Below are positions 47,186-56,592 of a stretch of 64,000 bases of DNA, one piece after another; within the stretch, counting starts at the first letter, position 1, and every line of letters begins with the position of its first letter. Below the pieces are notes generated by a model. It saw nothing but the letters and a program-made list of their open reading frames with translations. It ran no database searches and was not told where the DNA came from. The position numbers and the translations under genes are program-made. The DNA comes from a virus, in IMG/VR virus record IMGVR_UViG_3300042731_006881, positions 1-64,000 of that record; one strand, written 5' to 3'.

Positions 47186-47574
47186 TTCTCGAGCACCTTC
47201 ACCAAATCCGAAACCTCTGGCCGCTTGCTCGCTGATTGGTCAACGCCGGCCCGTGACAGGGCCTGTCGCGCGTTTTCGGTGGCTAAGCGCGTCTGCTCCT
47301 GCACCCATTCCTCGTGGCGCTTAGAGGCCGCCTCAGCGGCCCTGCGTCGCATTCCAGCAAGGGCGGACTTTCTTATCTCACCGAGCGTTGGAGCGAACTG
47401 GCGGTGCTCATCCTGAGCGAGTGCATCCACCGCCGCCACCATGGCCTCCGGGTCCAGGTCGCTGAGGAGCCTCCCCCACTCAGCCAGTGACTCGCGCGTC
47501 TGCTTCGCGGCCCAGCTCGGAAATGCTGCAAGCATGACCGAGTAGGCCCGGCGCAGGTGCGGATTGGAGCTCAT
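47182..47574 (-). CDS. putative helicase loader/inhibitor (G39P-like)
   Basis: L.AAFP..W..LL.DL..A..A..QFAPT.GEIR; between initiator and DnaB. Confidence 0.65.
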   Translation of the reverse strand: MSSNPHLRRAYSVMLAAFPSWAAKQTRESLAEWGRLLSDLDPEAMVAAVDALAQDEHRQFAPTLGEIRKSALAGMRRRAAEAASKRHEEWVQEQTRLATENARQALSRAGVDQSASKRPEVSDLVKVLEK

Positions 47575-48581
47575 CCGAAAACGTCCTCGGGGCGGGGGGC
47601 GCGCGACCTCTCGGCTCCGTTCGCTCGTTGCTCGTCAGATATCACCCACGCCTCTGCAGTGTCCTGCCACCTATCCGAATGCGTGCCCTTCCCGCGATGG
47701 TGCGATCGGAATTTTCGCTCGTGTTGCTCTGGGTCAATGCCGATTTCTCGAAGGCGACGCACCTGGTCCTGCGTCCACCCCTTCCACCGACCTACCCTCC
47801 CATACTGGGATGGGTCAGAACCAAACAGCAGCTCGTCCGCAGGGCTCGGATGAGGTTGCTCGCGAGCGCGGAGTCGTGACCTGTCAGGTGGATCCGGATC
47901 TTCAGGATCAGGATCAGGATCAGGATCAGGATCAGGATCAGGAGATCGGGGGTCGGTGGACCCCATGCCAACCCCTTCACAAGGGGCTTCTAGAACTCCC
48001 TTACTAAGGGGCTGTTCATTGGCTACAAACCCCTTCACAAGGGGCTTCGAAGGGGCTTGCCAAGGGGCTTGCCAAGGGGCTTGCCAAGGGGCTTCGAAGT
48101 ACACATGTGACCCCTTCTTTGGTGGCTTCGAAGTACCATCCCAATCTCGCGTGAGGTTAAACCTCTCGTCGTACATCTCAACGAACCGGCGCGTGAACTG
48201 GTGATCACCAAAGTTCTGAAGAGAACGGATCACCTGTATCCGCTTGTTGTCGCCCACCTTCATCGATTCCCCAATCTGAGTTCTAGCTCCAGACGGGAGA
48301 AACATCAGCTCCTCGCCTTCGTCGATGAGCGCAAAGTCTTCGGCGATCAAAACGTCTAGCGCCTCCCTTACGCGATCCTCTTTCCACCCGAGCTCATGCA
48401 TGATGATCGGGACGGATAGGTGAAACAGACCGGTCATTGTCGTGTGCGGACCCGTCATTAGGTAGCAAGCCAGCGCCTGAGCCAGTGGATTTCCTCGAAG
48501 ACGCTTTCCGGTCCCTCGAGTCCAAAACACAGGAGCAACCTGAGCGTGGTGCCTCACTCTTCGGTTCCTCGCGGGTCGCAT
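47571..48581 (-). CDS. phage replication initiator protein
   Basis: P.FW..GK.LR..YLMT.PH..M.GLF.L..ELG N-terminus; APWQ and DP repeats in the linker. Confidence 0.8.
   Translation of the reverse strand: MRPARNRRVRHHAQVAPVFWTRGTGKRLRGNPLAQALACYLMTGPHTTMTGLFHLSVPIIMHELGWKEDRVREALDVLIAEDFALIDEGEELMFLPSGARTQIGESMKVGDNKRIQVIRSLQNFGDHQFTRRFVEMYDERFNLTRDWDGTSKPPKKGSHVYFEAPWQAPWQAPWQAPSKPLVKGFVANEQPLSKGVLEAPCEGVGMGSTDPRSPDPDPDPDPDPDPEDPDPPDRSRLRAREQPHPSPADELLFGSDPSQYGRVGRWKGWTQDQVRRLREIGIDPEQHERKFRSHHRGKGTHSDRWQDTAEAWVISDEQRANGAERSRAPRPEDVFG
47891..48095. repeat. putative replication origin: AAGGGGCT iterons plus GATC cluster
   Basis: AAGGGGCT at 47981, 48006, 48039, 48050, 48062, 48074, 48086; nine GATC in 47891..47947. 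Confidence 0.65.
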
Positions 48582-48775
48582 ACACCGAACACAAGCGCCG
48601 CCGGTGGAACCCCGAGTGATGAAGCCAGCTTCGTCCAGGTCTCGATCGTGCCATTCCTCTGACCGAGTTCGAGTTGAGATAGATAGGCGACGGTGAGCCC
48701 AGTATCGCTGGCAATGTCAGCCAGCGTCCTTCCTGCGCTCTTCCTTGCGGCCCTTAGCCTGTCTTGAGCTGTCAT
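48554..48775 (-). CDS. XRE-family HTH regulator
   Basis: LRAARK.AG.TL.DIA..TGLT..YLSQLELGQR. Confidence 0.9.
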   Translation of the reverse strand: MTAQDRLRAARKSAGRTLADIASDTGLTVAYLSQLELGQRNGTIETWTKLASSLGVPPAALVFGVCDPRGTEE

Positions 48776-48811
48776 TCAGCTGAATGTAGACATTCAGCTG
48801 ACAGTTTTCAA
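48773..48811 (-). promoter_or_regulatory. sigma70-like promoter for a leaderless transcript, with two operators
   Basis: TTGAAA-N17-TACATT-N7-ATG; palindrome CATTCAGCTGAATG (48773..48786) and variant CATTCAGCTGACAG (48791..48804). Confidence 0.75.
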
Positions 48812-49005
48812 GCGATCAGTTGATTAGATGTCACGCTGGTACCTGCGCTTGTCCAGAGCACTCCCCCCGCTCCTCCTCCAACAGGTCAAGTTGTGCCAGC
48901 CACTCACGGGGGGTCATGCCGAATTTTCTCGCCAGCACGCTCACCGCAGCCACGTTAGCCCAGTCCATTTCATCGTCCATGCATCTCATTTTCACTGCTC
49001 TCATT

Positions 49006-49356
49006 TTACCCAACATCATCCATTCGGACGCTGTGTTCGAGCAGCACGCGCCCCTCTGGAGTGAGCTCGTAGACGGCTTGAGCACCACACTTCACGAGCT
49101 GACTGACTAGCCCGCAGGCGATGAGGGACGACAGCTCCTCTTGGGTAAGGTAACGCGACTGTGGATGCCGTTTGCCGAGGTCTTCCTTCGCGTCAAGAAT
49201 CGACGCCTGCCTCTCGTTCTCCAGCGCCGCTTGGATCGCCGCTTCCCTGTCCCACCGGTACGCTCCAATTCCGTCCGCGGTCTCGGCGTACCAGACGCAA
49301 TCTTCCATTTCGACCTTTTCGATCCGTCTATCGTTGTGCGATTGTCTGTCCATCAT
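49006..49356 (-). CDS. hypothetical protein
   Basis: GAGG RBS; wing-like VYELTPEGR. Confidence 0.5.
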   Translation of the reverse strand: MMDRQSHNDRRIEKVEMEDCVWYAETADGIGAYRWDREAAIQAALENERQASILDAKEDLGKRHPQSRYLTQEELSSLIACGLVSQLVKCGAQAVYELTPEGRVLLEHSVRMDDVG

Positions 49357-49440
49357 GCCTCACTCGCATATCCCGAACATAAGCGAAGCTGGAGGCACTC
49401 CAAGATCCGACGCCAGCTTTCTCAGCGATCAAATCGCGTC

Positions 49441-51060
49441 TCAAAACAGCTTCCCCTGCCTAGGCGACTTCTCTGGTTCCGCTCGCAATGACTCACGCGG
49501 CACGTAGCTGCCGCCATCTTCGTGGGTGAGGCGAGCTCGCGCGATCGACACGAACGGCTCTTCGTCGGTGTCGTTGAGCTCGCACCCAATCCAACGGCAC
49601 CCTTCGCGCATCGCCGCGATCCCCTCAGACCCGCCGCCGGCGAATGGGTTGAAGACGACCTGGCCAGGTCGAGCCACGAGTCGCGTCAGCCATCGGATGA
49701 CGTCAACGCTCTTTGATGTTGGGTGTACGTTTCGCGCACCACCAGCGCCGGCGCGGGCGCTCTTCAGCCCTACCTGCTCGTCTTTCCGCGCCGTTGCCTC
49801 GGCCGCGCTTCTGGTTCTGAAATGCTTCAGGCCAGCGTCCTTCTCGGCGCGACCGGGCTTCGCATGGTAGAGAAATTCCGGCTCGTCTGACGCGAACTGG
49901 GGAAAGTAGCGTGCACGGTCGCCAAGCGCCTTCGCTGGGCACCCGTCGACGCACTCCCAAACCTCAATATCCTCGGTAGCCTGGTCCCGTCGCTGTCCAG
50001 GCCTGAAGGCGAACGAGGTTGAACCATCGCCCTGGTAGGACTTATCTCCGCTCACTTCGTTCTCTCGCCCGTTGGTGTGTCTCACCTTCGAAACGCTGGA
50101 GCCGGTGAACGAAGACGGCTGCGTGTCGCGGTTCGGCGTGTCCCAGGCTGGATTTGCCGCAACGGATCGAGTTCCTACGAGTCGGCATCCAGGGGCGTGT
50201 TGGATGAGCACGTTGGGGGGCCATCGTCCTGATGTTACCTCGCTCGCTCCAGAGAGATCGCTGGCATTTTTCCAGCTATTTTCCATCTCGCCACCGCGCG
50301 CCCGAATCGCCTCGACCCCGGATCGGTGCTGCTCGAAGTCATCTTTGGACGCATGCTCAATGCGACAGGCGTCGATGTTGAGCGTACCCGTTCCGTGCGC
50401 CAGCGCATTCTCGGCGTAGGTACCCTCGAGCGGCTTACGGCAGACGAAGATCGGTTCATGCGATGGGCGCAACCCAGAGCCCTGCCCAGACCACCGCATA
50501 GACTCCTCAGTGGACGGGCATAGGTGGTCGCCAGGCTTCCGTGCCTTAGGCAGCGTGCTGGCGCAGTGCCGTCCTGGCAGCGTGCATTGGTGCATCGCTA
50601 CCATCCGCTCCATGTTTACAGACTTCGGCATCCCTTGGCCGTATAGCCACTGGATCGTGTCCAGTAGCTCGAATCCGGCTAGGCGCAGCGAGATGCCCAT
50701 CAGATCCTCTGTTCGCGTACCGGAGAACGTGAGTAGGTATCCGCCTGGCTTGAGAATTCTGAGGCACTCGCTCCACACCTCGGGACCCGGGACGAAGCGG
50801 TCCCATGTGCGGCCCATGAAGCCGCGCTTGCGCTTCAAGTACGCCTGTCCAGCAAGCCAGCACTCGAGCGCCTCGGTCACGTCTTTCGTCGTGATTTTGC
50901 TGAGCCCATATGGAGCGTCGGTCACGATCGCGTCGACGCAGCTGTCGGACATGCTCCGCATCGTGTCGATGCAGTCTCCGTGGACTACACACCACCGCGC
51001 TTCGCCAGAGAGGACGTCATCTGGGGTTGAATCAGCCACGCCGATCCCAAGGCCTCTCAC
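49441..51060 (-). CDS. N6-adenine/N4-cytosine DNA methyltransferase (beta class)
   Basis: GDC..VDAIVTDAPYG, R.LKPGG, HEPI, GRWP.N, HPT.K, FNPFAGGGS. Confidence 0.9.
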   Translation of the reverse strand: MRGLGIGVADSTPDDVLSGEARWCVVHGDCIDTMRSMSDSCVDAIVTDAPYGLSKITTKDVTEALECWLAGQAYLKRKRGFMGRTWDRFVPGPEVWSECLRILKPGGYLLTFSGTRTEDLMGISLRLAGFELLDTIQWLYGQGMPKSVNMERMVAMHQCTLPGRHCASTLPKARKPGDHLCPSTEESMRWSGQGSGLRPSHEPIFVCRKPLEGTYAENALAHGTGTLNIDACRIEHASKDDFEQHRSGVEAIRARGGEMENSWKNASDLSGASEVTSGRWPPNVLIQHAPGCRLVGTRSVAANPAWDTPNRDTQPSSFTGSSVSKVRHTNGRENEVSGDKSYQGDGSTSFAFRPGQRRDQATEDIEVWECVDGCPAKALGDRARYFPQFASDEPEFLYHAKPGRAEKDAGLKHFRTRSAAEATARKDEQVGLKSARAGAGGARNVHPTSKSVDVIRWLTRLVARPGQVVFNPFAGGGSEGIAAMREGCRWIGCELNDTDEEPFVSIARARLTHEDGGSYVPRESLRAEPEKSPRQGKLF

Positions 51061-51496
51061 CAGAGATGTTGCTTCGCAGGAACGCTAGGTCGTAATCGTC
51101 GTTCACAACGTCAATGCACCACCTAGCTAGTTCCTCAAGCGTTGAGAATACCGGAGACAGTGGTGTCCCAGGACCAGTTATCATCTCCTCATACAATTGG
51201 TATGATGTTGCCTGGTCAGTAGACCATCTAGGCATGTACCACTCAGGATCAGGCTTTTGAGTCCACCCGTCAAAAGATACTCCAGACGCTTTGTCTTCCA
51301 TCATGGCGTCAAAAAGATATCTTCCATACCGATCTGCGTAGGATCCTGGGATCTCGGTTTCCCATGTCCTTCTTGCTAGTTCATGAGCCTTGCTGTCACG
51401 CGCAAACTTCCACCCGTCGAACAAGGGTATGAAATCCCCTTGCTCGTTGACTGGGTGCTTCCAGTCAGACGTCACTCGTCGTACCTCGCAGCCCAT
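51032..51496 (-). CDS. conserved phage hypothetical protein
   Basis: MG.EVRRV..DW.HP..YQLYE..GTP.SPVF.T.EELARW. Confidence 0.7.
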   Translation of the reverse strand: MGCEVRRVTSDWKHPVNEQGDFIPLFDGWKFARDSKAHELARRTWETEIPGSYADRYGRYLFDAMMEDKASGVSFDGWTQKPDPEWYMPRWSTDQATSYQLYEEMITGPGTPLSPVFSTLEELARWCIDVVNDDYDLAFLRSNISGERPWDRRG

Positions 51497-52615
51497 CTAC
51501 TCAGCCGCCTCCCCACCCAACATCTCCAGCAGCCGCGCGTTCCTGGCTTCCAAGCTACGCATCTGTTCGTACAGGGTTCGACGCTGCTCTCGTATGCAGT
51601 CTATCTTTCCGCAGTTCTCTTCACGCTCAGCCTCAATACGCTTCCTGAGGACCGCGGCGCGCTGCTCAAGAATTTCGAATTCCTCGTCGATGCTTGGCGT
51701 CGATTGGTCAATGGCAACCGTGCAGGTTGCTGTACCTGAGCACCCGCTACCATCACGCCCCAGCAGATCGTCATCCCCTGGCTTCAGTGCAGCCTCCAGC
51801 GCGTCCAGAGTGCGCTCCCATGCCGACGTCTCGCTCCTGGCAGGCGGCCCGGCAGGGACCAACAGCGGCAGCTCTCCGCCTCCAATCGTCACTGGAGTGA
51901 GCTCTATTTCGTCGGATTGCGGTACTGGAGCCCAGTCGTAGCACGCAGGTGATTCTGGGGTTAGGTCGTCTCCATAGATTTGGCAAACGGAGCACTCCTC
52001 TCCGTCCCAGGCTGCGCAACTTCCGCATGTGCGACGATTGATGCCTTCGGCGCCGTCTACCTTCGCTACTAGTCTCTCATACGCCGCATCTGGGTCGATT
52101 CCCTCGGAATCGAGAATACCACGAGCTTCCTCGTCTGACATTGGCTGGTTGTCGTCTCCGTCGTTCTCTCCGAATGGGCAATCTCCTGCTGTGTCAGCAT
52201 CATCAACGGATTCGGTGTTAGCGTCTGTTTTCTCTTCCTTCTCCTTCGCAACGCACGCAACGAACTCATAAAACTCCGATACGGTCTCAACTCCGTATTG
52301 GATCGACTGGTCAGTGGCGGCGGTTGCGGACGCCATCTCGACGACATGAGTAGGAACCGGAAGTGATGGAACACTATCAGTGTCTTGGCTTTCGTTGTCC
52401 TCCAGTAATCTCGTTCGCTCATGGTTGGTCAACCGCCACTTATATCGGTGGTTCTGCACCGTCCTCCCCTGCCTCATGAGCTCGAGGAGCTCGTCTCCGA
52501 CCCGGAGCGCGCTGGTCGGATCCGGCATGCCGAGATGCGCGGCGATGTCATCCGCCATCATGGGCACGCCGCTGGTGTGCAGGGTGGTGATGATTCGTTG
52601 CTTTAGGTCAGTCAT
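51497..52615 (-). CDS. acidic multidomain protein (winged-HTH-like N-terminus, Cys cluster, coiled coil)
   Basis: MMADDIAAHLG..LLELMRQG; CGSCAAW..C..C..CYDW. Confidence 0.6.
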   Translation of the reverse strand: MTDLKQRIITTLHTSGVPMMADDIAAHLGMPDPTSALRVGDELLELMRQGRTVQNHRYKWRLTNHERTRLLEDNESQDTDSVPSLPVPTHVVEMASATAATDQSIQYGVETVSEFYEFVACVAKEKEEKTDANTESVDDADTAGDCPFGENDGDDNQPMSDEEARGILDSEGIDPDAAYERLVAKVDGAEGINRRTCGSCAAWDGEECSVCQIYGDDLTPESPACYDWAPVPQSDEIELTPVTIGGGELPLLVPAGPPARSETSAWERTLDALEAALKPGDDDLLGRDGSGCSGTATCTVAIDQSTPSIDEEFEILEQRAAVLRKRIEAEREENCGKIDCIREQRRTLYEQMRSLEARNARLLEMLGGEAAE

Positions 52616-52639
52616 CGCACTTCGACTCCTTCTTGATGT

Positions 52640-52864
52640 TCATTCGGTTGGCTCCCAATGAGCACAGAAGTGTTCATTGGGCACGTATACGTTTCCGAGT
52701 TTCCCGCAGTAGCCGAAGGCGTCCGACGCCTCCACAGTCCCGCAGTGTTTGCACGTGTGGCACGTCGTTTCGTCCAGCACCGCCAGCGCCAGCCGCACAC
52801 CTTCACCGGTGCCGCCTGGGTGCCTGCGGACGAGCGCCTCGAGCTTGTCGCGGATGGCGCTCAC
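52640..52864 (-). CDS. small Cys-rich protein
   Basis: CHTCKHC..YC..FCAHWE; GTGA overlap. Confidence 0.6.
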   Translation of the reverse strand: MSAIRDKLEALVRRHPGGTGEGVRLALAVLDETTCHTCKHCGTVEASDAFGYCGKLGNVYVPNEHFCAHWEPTE

Positions 52865-53271
52865 CCCGGCACCCCTTCCAGCTCCTCGAGGATGCGGCGT
52901 GCGGCGATGCGCAGTGCTGAAGCTGCTGCGAGGTTCCGTCTTCCTGAGTCCGCATCCTCTCTCAGCTCGTTCACCAGAGCATTCATCCTGTCGCGCCAGT
53001 AGACGCCGTTCTCGCGGTCGTGTCTGGCGATGACGTGACGAACGTCCTGCAGACTGAAACTGTCGTCCAAAAGCTCGAGCCTTTCGTCGTCAATCCAGCA
53101 CTCTTGTCCGGCAGAATCTACCGCGTTTCCACGGCGATTTGTCCACGGACTCCATCGCGACCCATCTGCCAGCGGCGGCAAACCGCCGTCGCTTGGATCC
53201 GATTTCTTCTCGCCAGACCACGCAGCACGCGACCCGTTCCACATTCCAATCATCGTCTCACCTCCGCTCAT
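52861..53271 (-). CDS. hypothetical protein
   Basis: AGGAG/GGAGGTG RBS; operon-coupled. Confidence 0.55.
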   Translation of the reverse strand: MSGGETMIGMWNGSRAAWSGEKKSDPSDGGLPPLADGSRWSPWTNRRGNAVDSAGQECWIDDERLELLDDSFSLQDVRHVIARHDRENGVYWRDRMNALVNELREDADSGRRNLAAASALRIAARRILEELEGVPG

Positions 53272-53379
53272 GACACTCCTTCACCTGTCGCACTGGTTTT
53301 ATGTTGAATGCGTCCGCTCCGAGTTGGCGCTCGGGTTGGACATGCCCCAGTCGGCGTTTAAGCGCCGACTGGAGCTGAT

Positions 53380-53691
53380 TTATCGTCTCCACTTCACTAC
53401 GGCGTCGATTGCCTCTCTCACGCTCTGCACCTGCACCAGCCTCACTCCTCGCTCAAGAGCTCTGGTGCGCCACTGCTCTTGAGCTTTCTTCGTCTCTGGG
53501 TTGCTTTGGTATCGCCCCGGACGTTTGACTTCGATCCACCCTGGTGGGTCAACCACGCAGATATCTGGAGTTCCACGTGGCGCTAGTCGCACTCTTCCGA
53601 CGCGACCTCCTGAGTTGACTCGAAACGCCCAGACCCCAATTCTGCCTAGAGCATCTAGGATTTCGGATTGGACGTCAGCTTCTCCGGTCAC
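53380..53691 (-). CDS. VRR-NUC (PD-(D/E)XK) nuclease
   Basis: EADVQ..I..R.N.G..GTPDI..WIEVK..Q. Confidence 0.85.
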   Translation of the reverse strand: MTGEADVQSEILDALGRIGVWAFRVNSGGRVGRVRLAPRGTPDICVVDPPGWIEVKRPGRYQSNPETKKAQEQWRTRALERGVRLVQVQSVREAIDAVVKWRR

Positions 53692-54617
53692 GATACCAGC
53701 AAAAATGCCTCTGGCCTCTCTGGGGACGGTTCCGGAGAGCCAAACAAAACCGGAAGACCGGCAACCTCACGAACTCGCCCAGCCACAAGGTCAGTGAATT
53801 GCCGCAGAACGATGTCCATACGGAATGGCTGAAGATTCCATTTCACTCCACCATTTCCAACCCGATAGTTGAGTCGCGCTGGAACTAGCACCAGGTCACC
53901 TCCGTCGACCACCGGGATTTCGAGCATCGCTGCCCGAGGGACCCTGAGCTTCCCGCCGCTCGCATCGCGGTGCTCGACCTCGAACGTGAGCGCTCTCTCG
54001 CCGGATTGGAGGTTCTCCTTGTTCACGACCCTCCTACCTTCGACAACTTCGAGCCCTCGCGATAGCTCAATCAGTCGCGTCGGGCTGGAGAAGGGGTCTC
54101 CACCCATTCGCGATGCGAATCGGCCTGCAACGCTGTCTGGGTCGAGCTTTGCTGCCAAGGCATCAACGAAGTCGATGTTGCGCTCCTCAAGGAGGATGGC
54201 GAACTCCTCTTGAGAGTGCCATGTCTCACCAATATCCGACCAGAATCTCCACTCTTCAGAGAGAGGGAATCGGTAGTTCGCCCGGTGTGCGCACCACTGC
54301 GGGTCGCTTCCTGGTAGGTGGTAGTCATATACCGCAACGAGAGCAGGTCCATCATCGAGGAATATGACCGAGCTCTCCCTCTTGTTGCGATCAACATGCT
54401 CCAGAAACGACTCAATGCGCGTGAACGCAGCGGTGCCAGTGACACGCTCCGGGAATTCCAGGAACTGGTCAATTAGTGGCTTGAGCGAGACAATTTTCTG
54501 ACCACCATCCGCGTCTCGCAGGGTTGCCGCTTTTGGCAGTTCTTCGAAAACAGTAACGTCTGTGATACTGCTGGCGACGTCGTAGAAAGCTTTGACAGCT
54601 GCTTGGTCGATATTCAT
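53688..54617 (-). CDS. DUF2303 (YfdQ-like) protein
   Basis: PERV.GTA..SF..V, AV.DYH, W..HRA...P.S.EW..W, Q.EFA..LEE, LQSGE; start re-called at MNIDQ. Confidence 0.85.
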   Translation of the reverse strand: MNIDQAAVKAFYDVASSITDVTVFEELPKAATLRDADGGQKIVSLKPLIDQFLEFPERVTGTAAFTRIESFLEHVDRNKRESSVIFLDDGPALVAVYDYHLPGSDPQWCAHRANYRFPLSEEWRFWSDIGETWHSQEEFAILLEERNIDFVDALAAKLDPDSVAGRFASRMGGDPFSSPTRLIELSRGLEVVEGRRVVNKENLQSGERALTFEVEHRDASGGKLRVPRAAMLEIPVVDGGDLVLVPARLNYRVGNGGVKWNLQPFRMDIVLRQFTDLVAGRVREVAGLPVLFGSPEPSPERPEAFLLVS

Positions 54618-54619
54618 TC

Positions 54620-54988
54620 TCAATTCTTCTCCATGGTGAATAGCGGGCTTTTGCCCCGCTCGAAGTCTAGGTCCTGTTGCCGGCTCGGTCGAGCTGGCTG
54701 CATTTCTCCGTCGTCCGTCACGTAGATGACGGTCCTGGAGGTTTTGGCCTTCGGTGGGGTAGCGCTGAGCGTGTAGCCAACGTCTACAGCTCCATTCTCG
54801 TCGCTCTTGTATGAGATTTTGAGCGTGATAACACCATCCGCCTTGCCCTGCCTGCGAGCGAGGGTCACAACCTTGCACAGTAGCTCCCGCTGCAGTTCTG
54901 TTGCTTCGTTGTCGAGGTCTCCCTCTGCAAGATCAGCAACGTGATCAGAAAACAGTCTCTCTTTTTCTTCTTCAGACATCATACTCAT
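54620..54988 (-). CDS. small partner of DUF2303
   Basis: DL..G.LD..L..L..V..G.ITLKI..PP..YVTDDG..Q..L; adjacent to DUF2303. Confidence 0.7.
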   Translation of the reverse strand: MSMMSEEEKERLFSDHVADLAEGDLDNEATELQRELLCKVVTLARRQGKADGVITLKISYKSDENGAVDVGYTLSATPPKAKTSRTVIYVTDDGEMQPARPSRQQDLDFERGKSPLFTMEKN

Positions 54989-55724
54989 CTCCATTCGCCA
55001 CGGATGACGACAGCTTCCACCGATTCGAATCGCGAAGCCCTGCGCGGAGTTCTCCACCCGCATCAACGATCCGAGAATCAGCCAACACAATGGCATCGTC
55101 CGACAGGTCGCACCCGAGAAACGATCGCTCGGTTCTCACCGCCGCCACCCCAACGGATCCCGAGCCCATGAACGGGTCCACGACGAGTTCGCCGGGTTCT
55201 GAGCTTTGCTGAATTAGCACACCGCTAACCTCTGGCGGCTTCTCCGTTGGGTATCCACCTCGCACATGCTTGCAGGTGATGATGTCAGTGACACTGAGAC
55301 TGTTTAGCCGCCTCTTCCCCTTCTCGAAGAATAGGATGAACTCATATCGACATCGGTAATGATACCCCATTCCCATGTTTACTTTGTCCCACACGAGCGG
55401 TTTCCAGAACCGGAACCCAGCCGCTTCTGCCAGCGGCTTCGCGACGAACATCGTCTCCTGGTCGCAGAAAAGGTAAAAGTGAGTGTTCTTCTTGAGCACC
55501 CGATACACCTCTCGAAAGAGCTCTGGAAAACGCTGATTCGGGAATATCTGGAACCAGTCGTTGCTGCTCGCCTTGCTGTGCTTGAGCCGTGTCGTGGTTC
55601 CCACCTTCCGGTGCTTTTCGAGTGACTCGTAAGCAGGATCGGTCACGACGAGGTCGACCGTCTCGTCCCCGAGTCCTCGGAGCCACTCAACGCAATCGAG
55701 TTTGGAGATGTGGTAATCAGCCAT
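54972..55724 (-). CDS. N6/N4 DNA methyltransferase (beta class)
   Basis: VDLVVTDPAY, YRVLK, YPTEKP, VVDPFMGSGS; start re-called at MADYH. Confidence 0.92.
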   Translation of the reverse strand: MADYHISKLDCVEWLRGLGDETVDLVVTDPAYESLEKHRKVGTTTRLKHSKASSNDWFQIFPNQRFPELFREVYRVLKKNTHFYLFCDQETMFVAKPLAEAAGFRFWKPLVWDKVNMGMGYHYRCRYEFILFFEKGKRRLNSLSVTDIITCKHVRGGYPTEKPPEVSGVLIQQSSEPGELVVDPFMGSGSVGVAAVRTERSFLGCDLSDDAIVLADSRIVDAGGELRAGLRDSNRWKLSSSVANGDEYDV

Positions 55725-55887
55725 CGATCCCCCATGCGCGGAACGCTGCGAGTGCTGACGCAACAACGATCAGCAGCATCCATCCCTCAGTTGCGGTGGG
55801 ACGCTCGCTGGCGCCCATCAGAACCTCCCACTGCTTGCCTTGTGGCATGCGTACCCGAGGAGGGAACGCGCTTCCTTGTGGATTCCT

Positions 55888-56592
55888 TCAGCCATTCTCT
55901 TCCTCCATTGAAGTTCTCCTGAACTCAGACCAGCACCGGCCAACAACCCCTGAGCCAGGGAACAGATCGTCGAGATCATCACCGGGAGACGCTCCCAGCA
56001 GATTGAACACCCAAAAGCAGAATCGAATCGGCTTTCGTCCGATGAGATTTGAGTCTCCACCGCGAGCCGCTGCAGCCACCAGCGCATCCGGGGGGCCGTT
56101 GATCAAGCGTCGCGCCGGCTTCACGAGCACGTACTCGTGAATGTTTGCAGGTCCACGAGCTTTTGGACGGAAATGAGTCTTCACCCAGGGCGCGACGATG
56201 AGTTCATCGTCTCCTGGAGTCGGCGACAGACCGTCGCCACCTGGGATGAGAGACAGAATGTATCTCAATGACCTCCGCGACGTCGACAGCGCCCAGCCGT
56301 CGAACGTCTCGAGCTGCTCTAGGAGACGCATGTGGTCCACCTCCCCGGCGAACGTCGGCTGGTCTCGGTAGTAGTGCGCCAGGCCGGGGAATGGCGGGTC
56401 CGCATATGCAAGTCGCTTCGTGGTGTCGTCCGAGTACTCTCGAGACGCCAGCTGCCGAGCTCGCCAAGCGGTCTGTCTACAGCGTTTCGAGCACCATTTT
56501 AGCTGCGTCACCTCGAGGTGTCTGCGACACCAGAGACAGCGCCTGTCGCTGTCTACTCGAGTAGACAGCGACACCTTGGAACGCCCCTTCAT
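55888..56592 (-). CDS. compact amino-methyltransferase with N-terminal Zn ribbon
   Basis: CLWC..CSKRCRQ; YADPPF; KP..F..W; DDLFPGSG. Confidence 0.75.
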   Translation of the reverse strand: MKGRSKVSLSTRVDSDRRCLWCRRHLEVTQLKWCSKRCRQTAWRARQLASREYSDDTTKRLAYADPPFPGLAHYYRDQPTFAGEVDHMRLLEQLETFDGWALSTSRRSLRYILSLIPGGDGLSPTPGDDELIVAPWVKTHFRPKARGPANIHEYVLVKPARRLINGPPDALVAAAARGGDSNLIGRKPIRFCFWVFNLLGASPGDDLDDLFPGSGVVGRCWSEFRRTSMEEENG

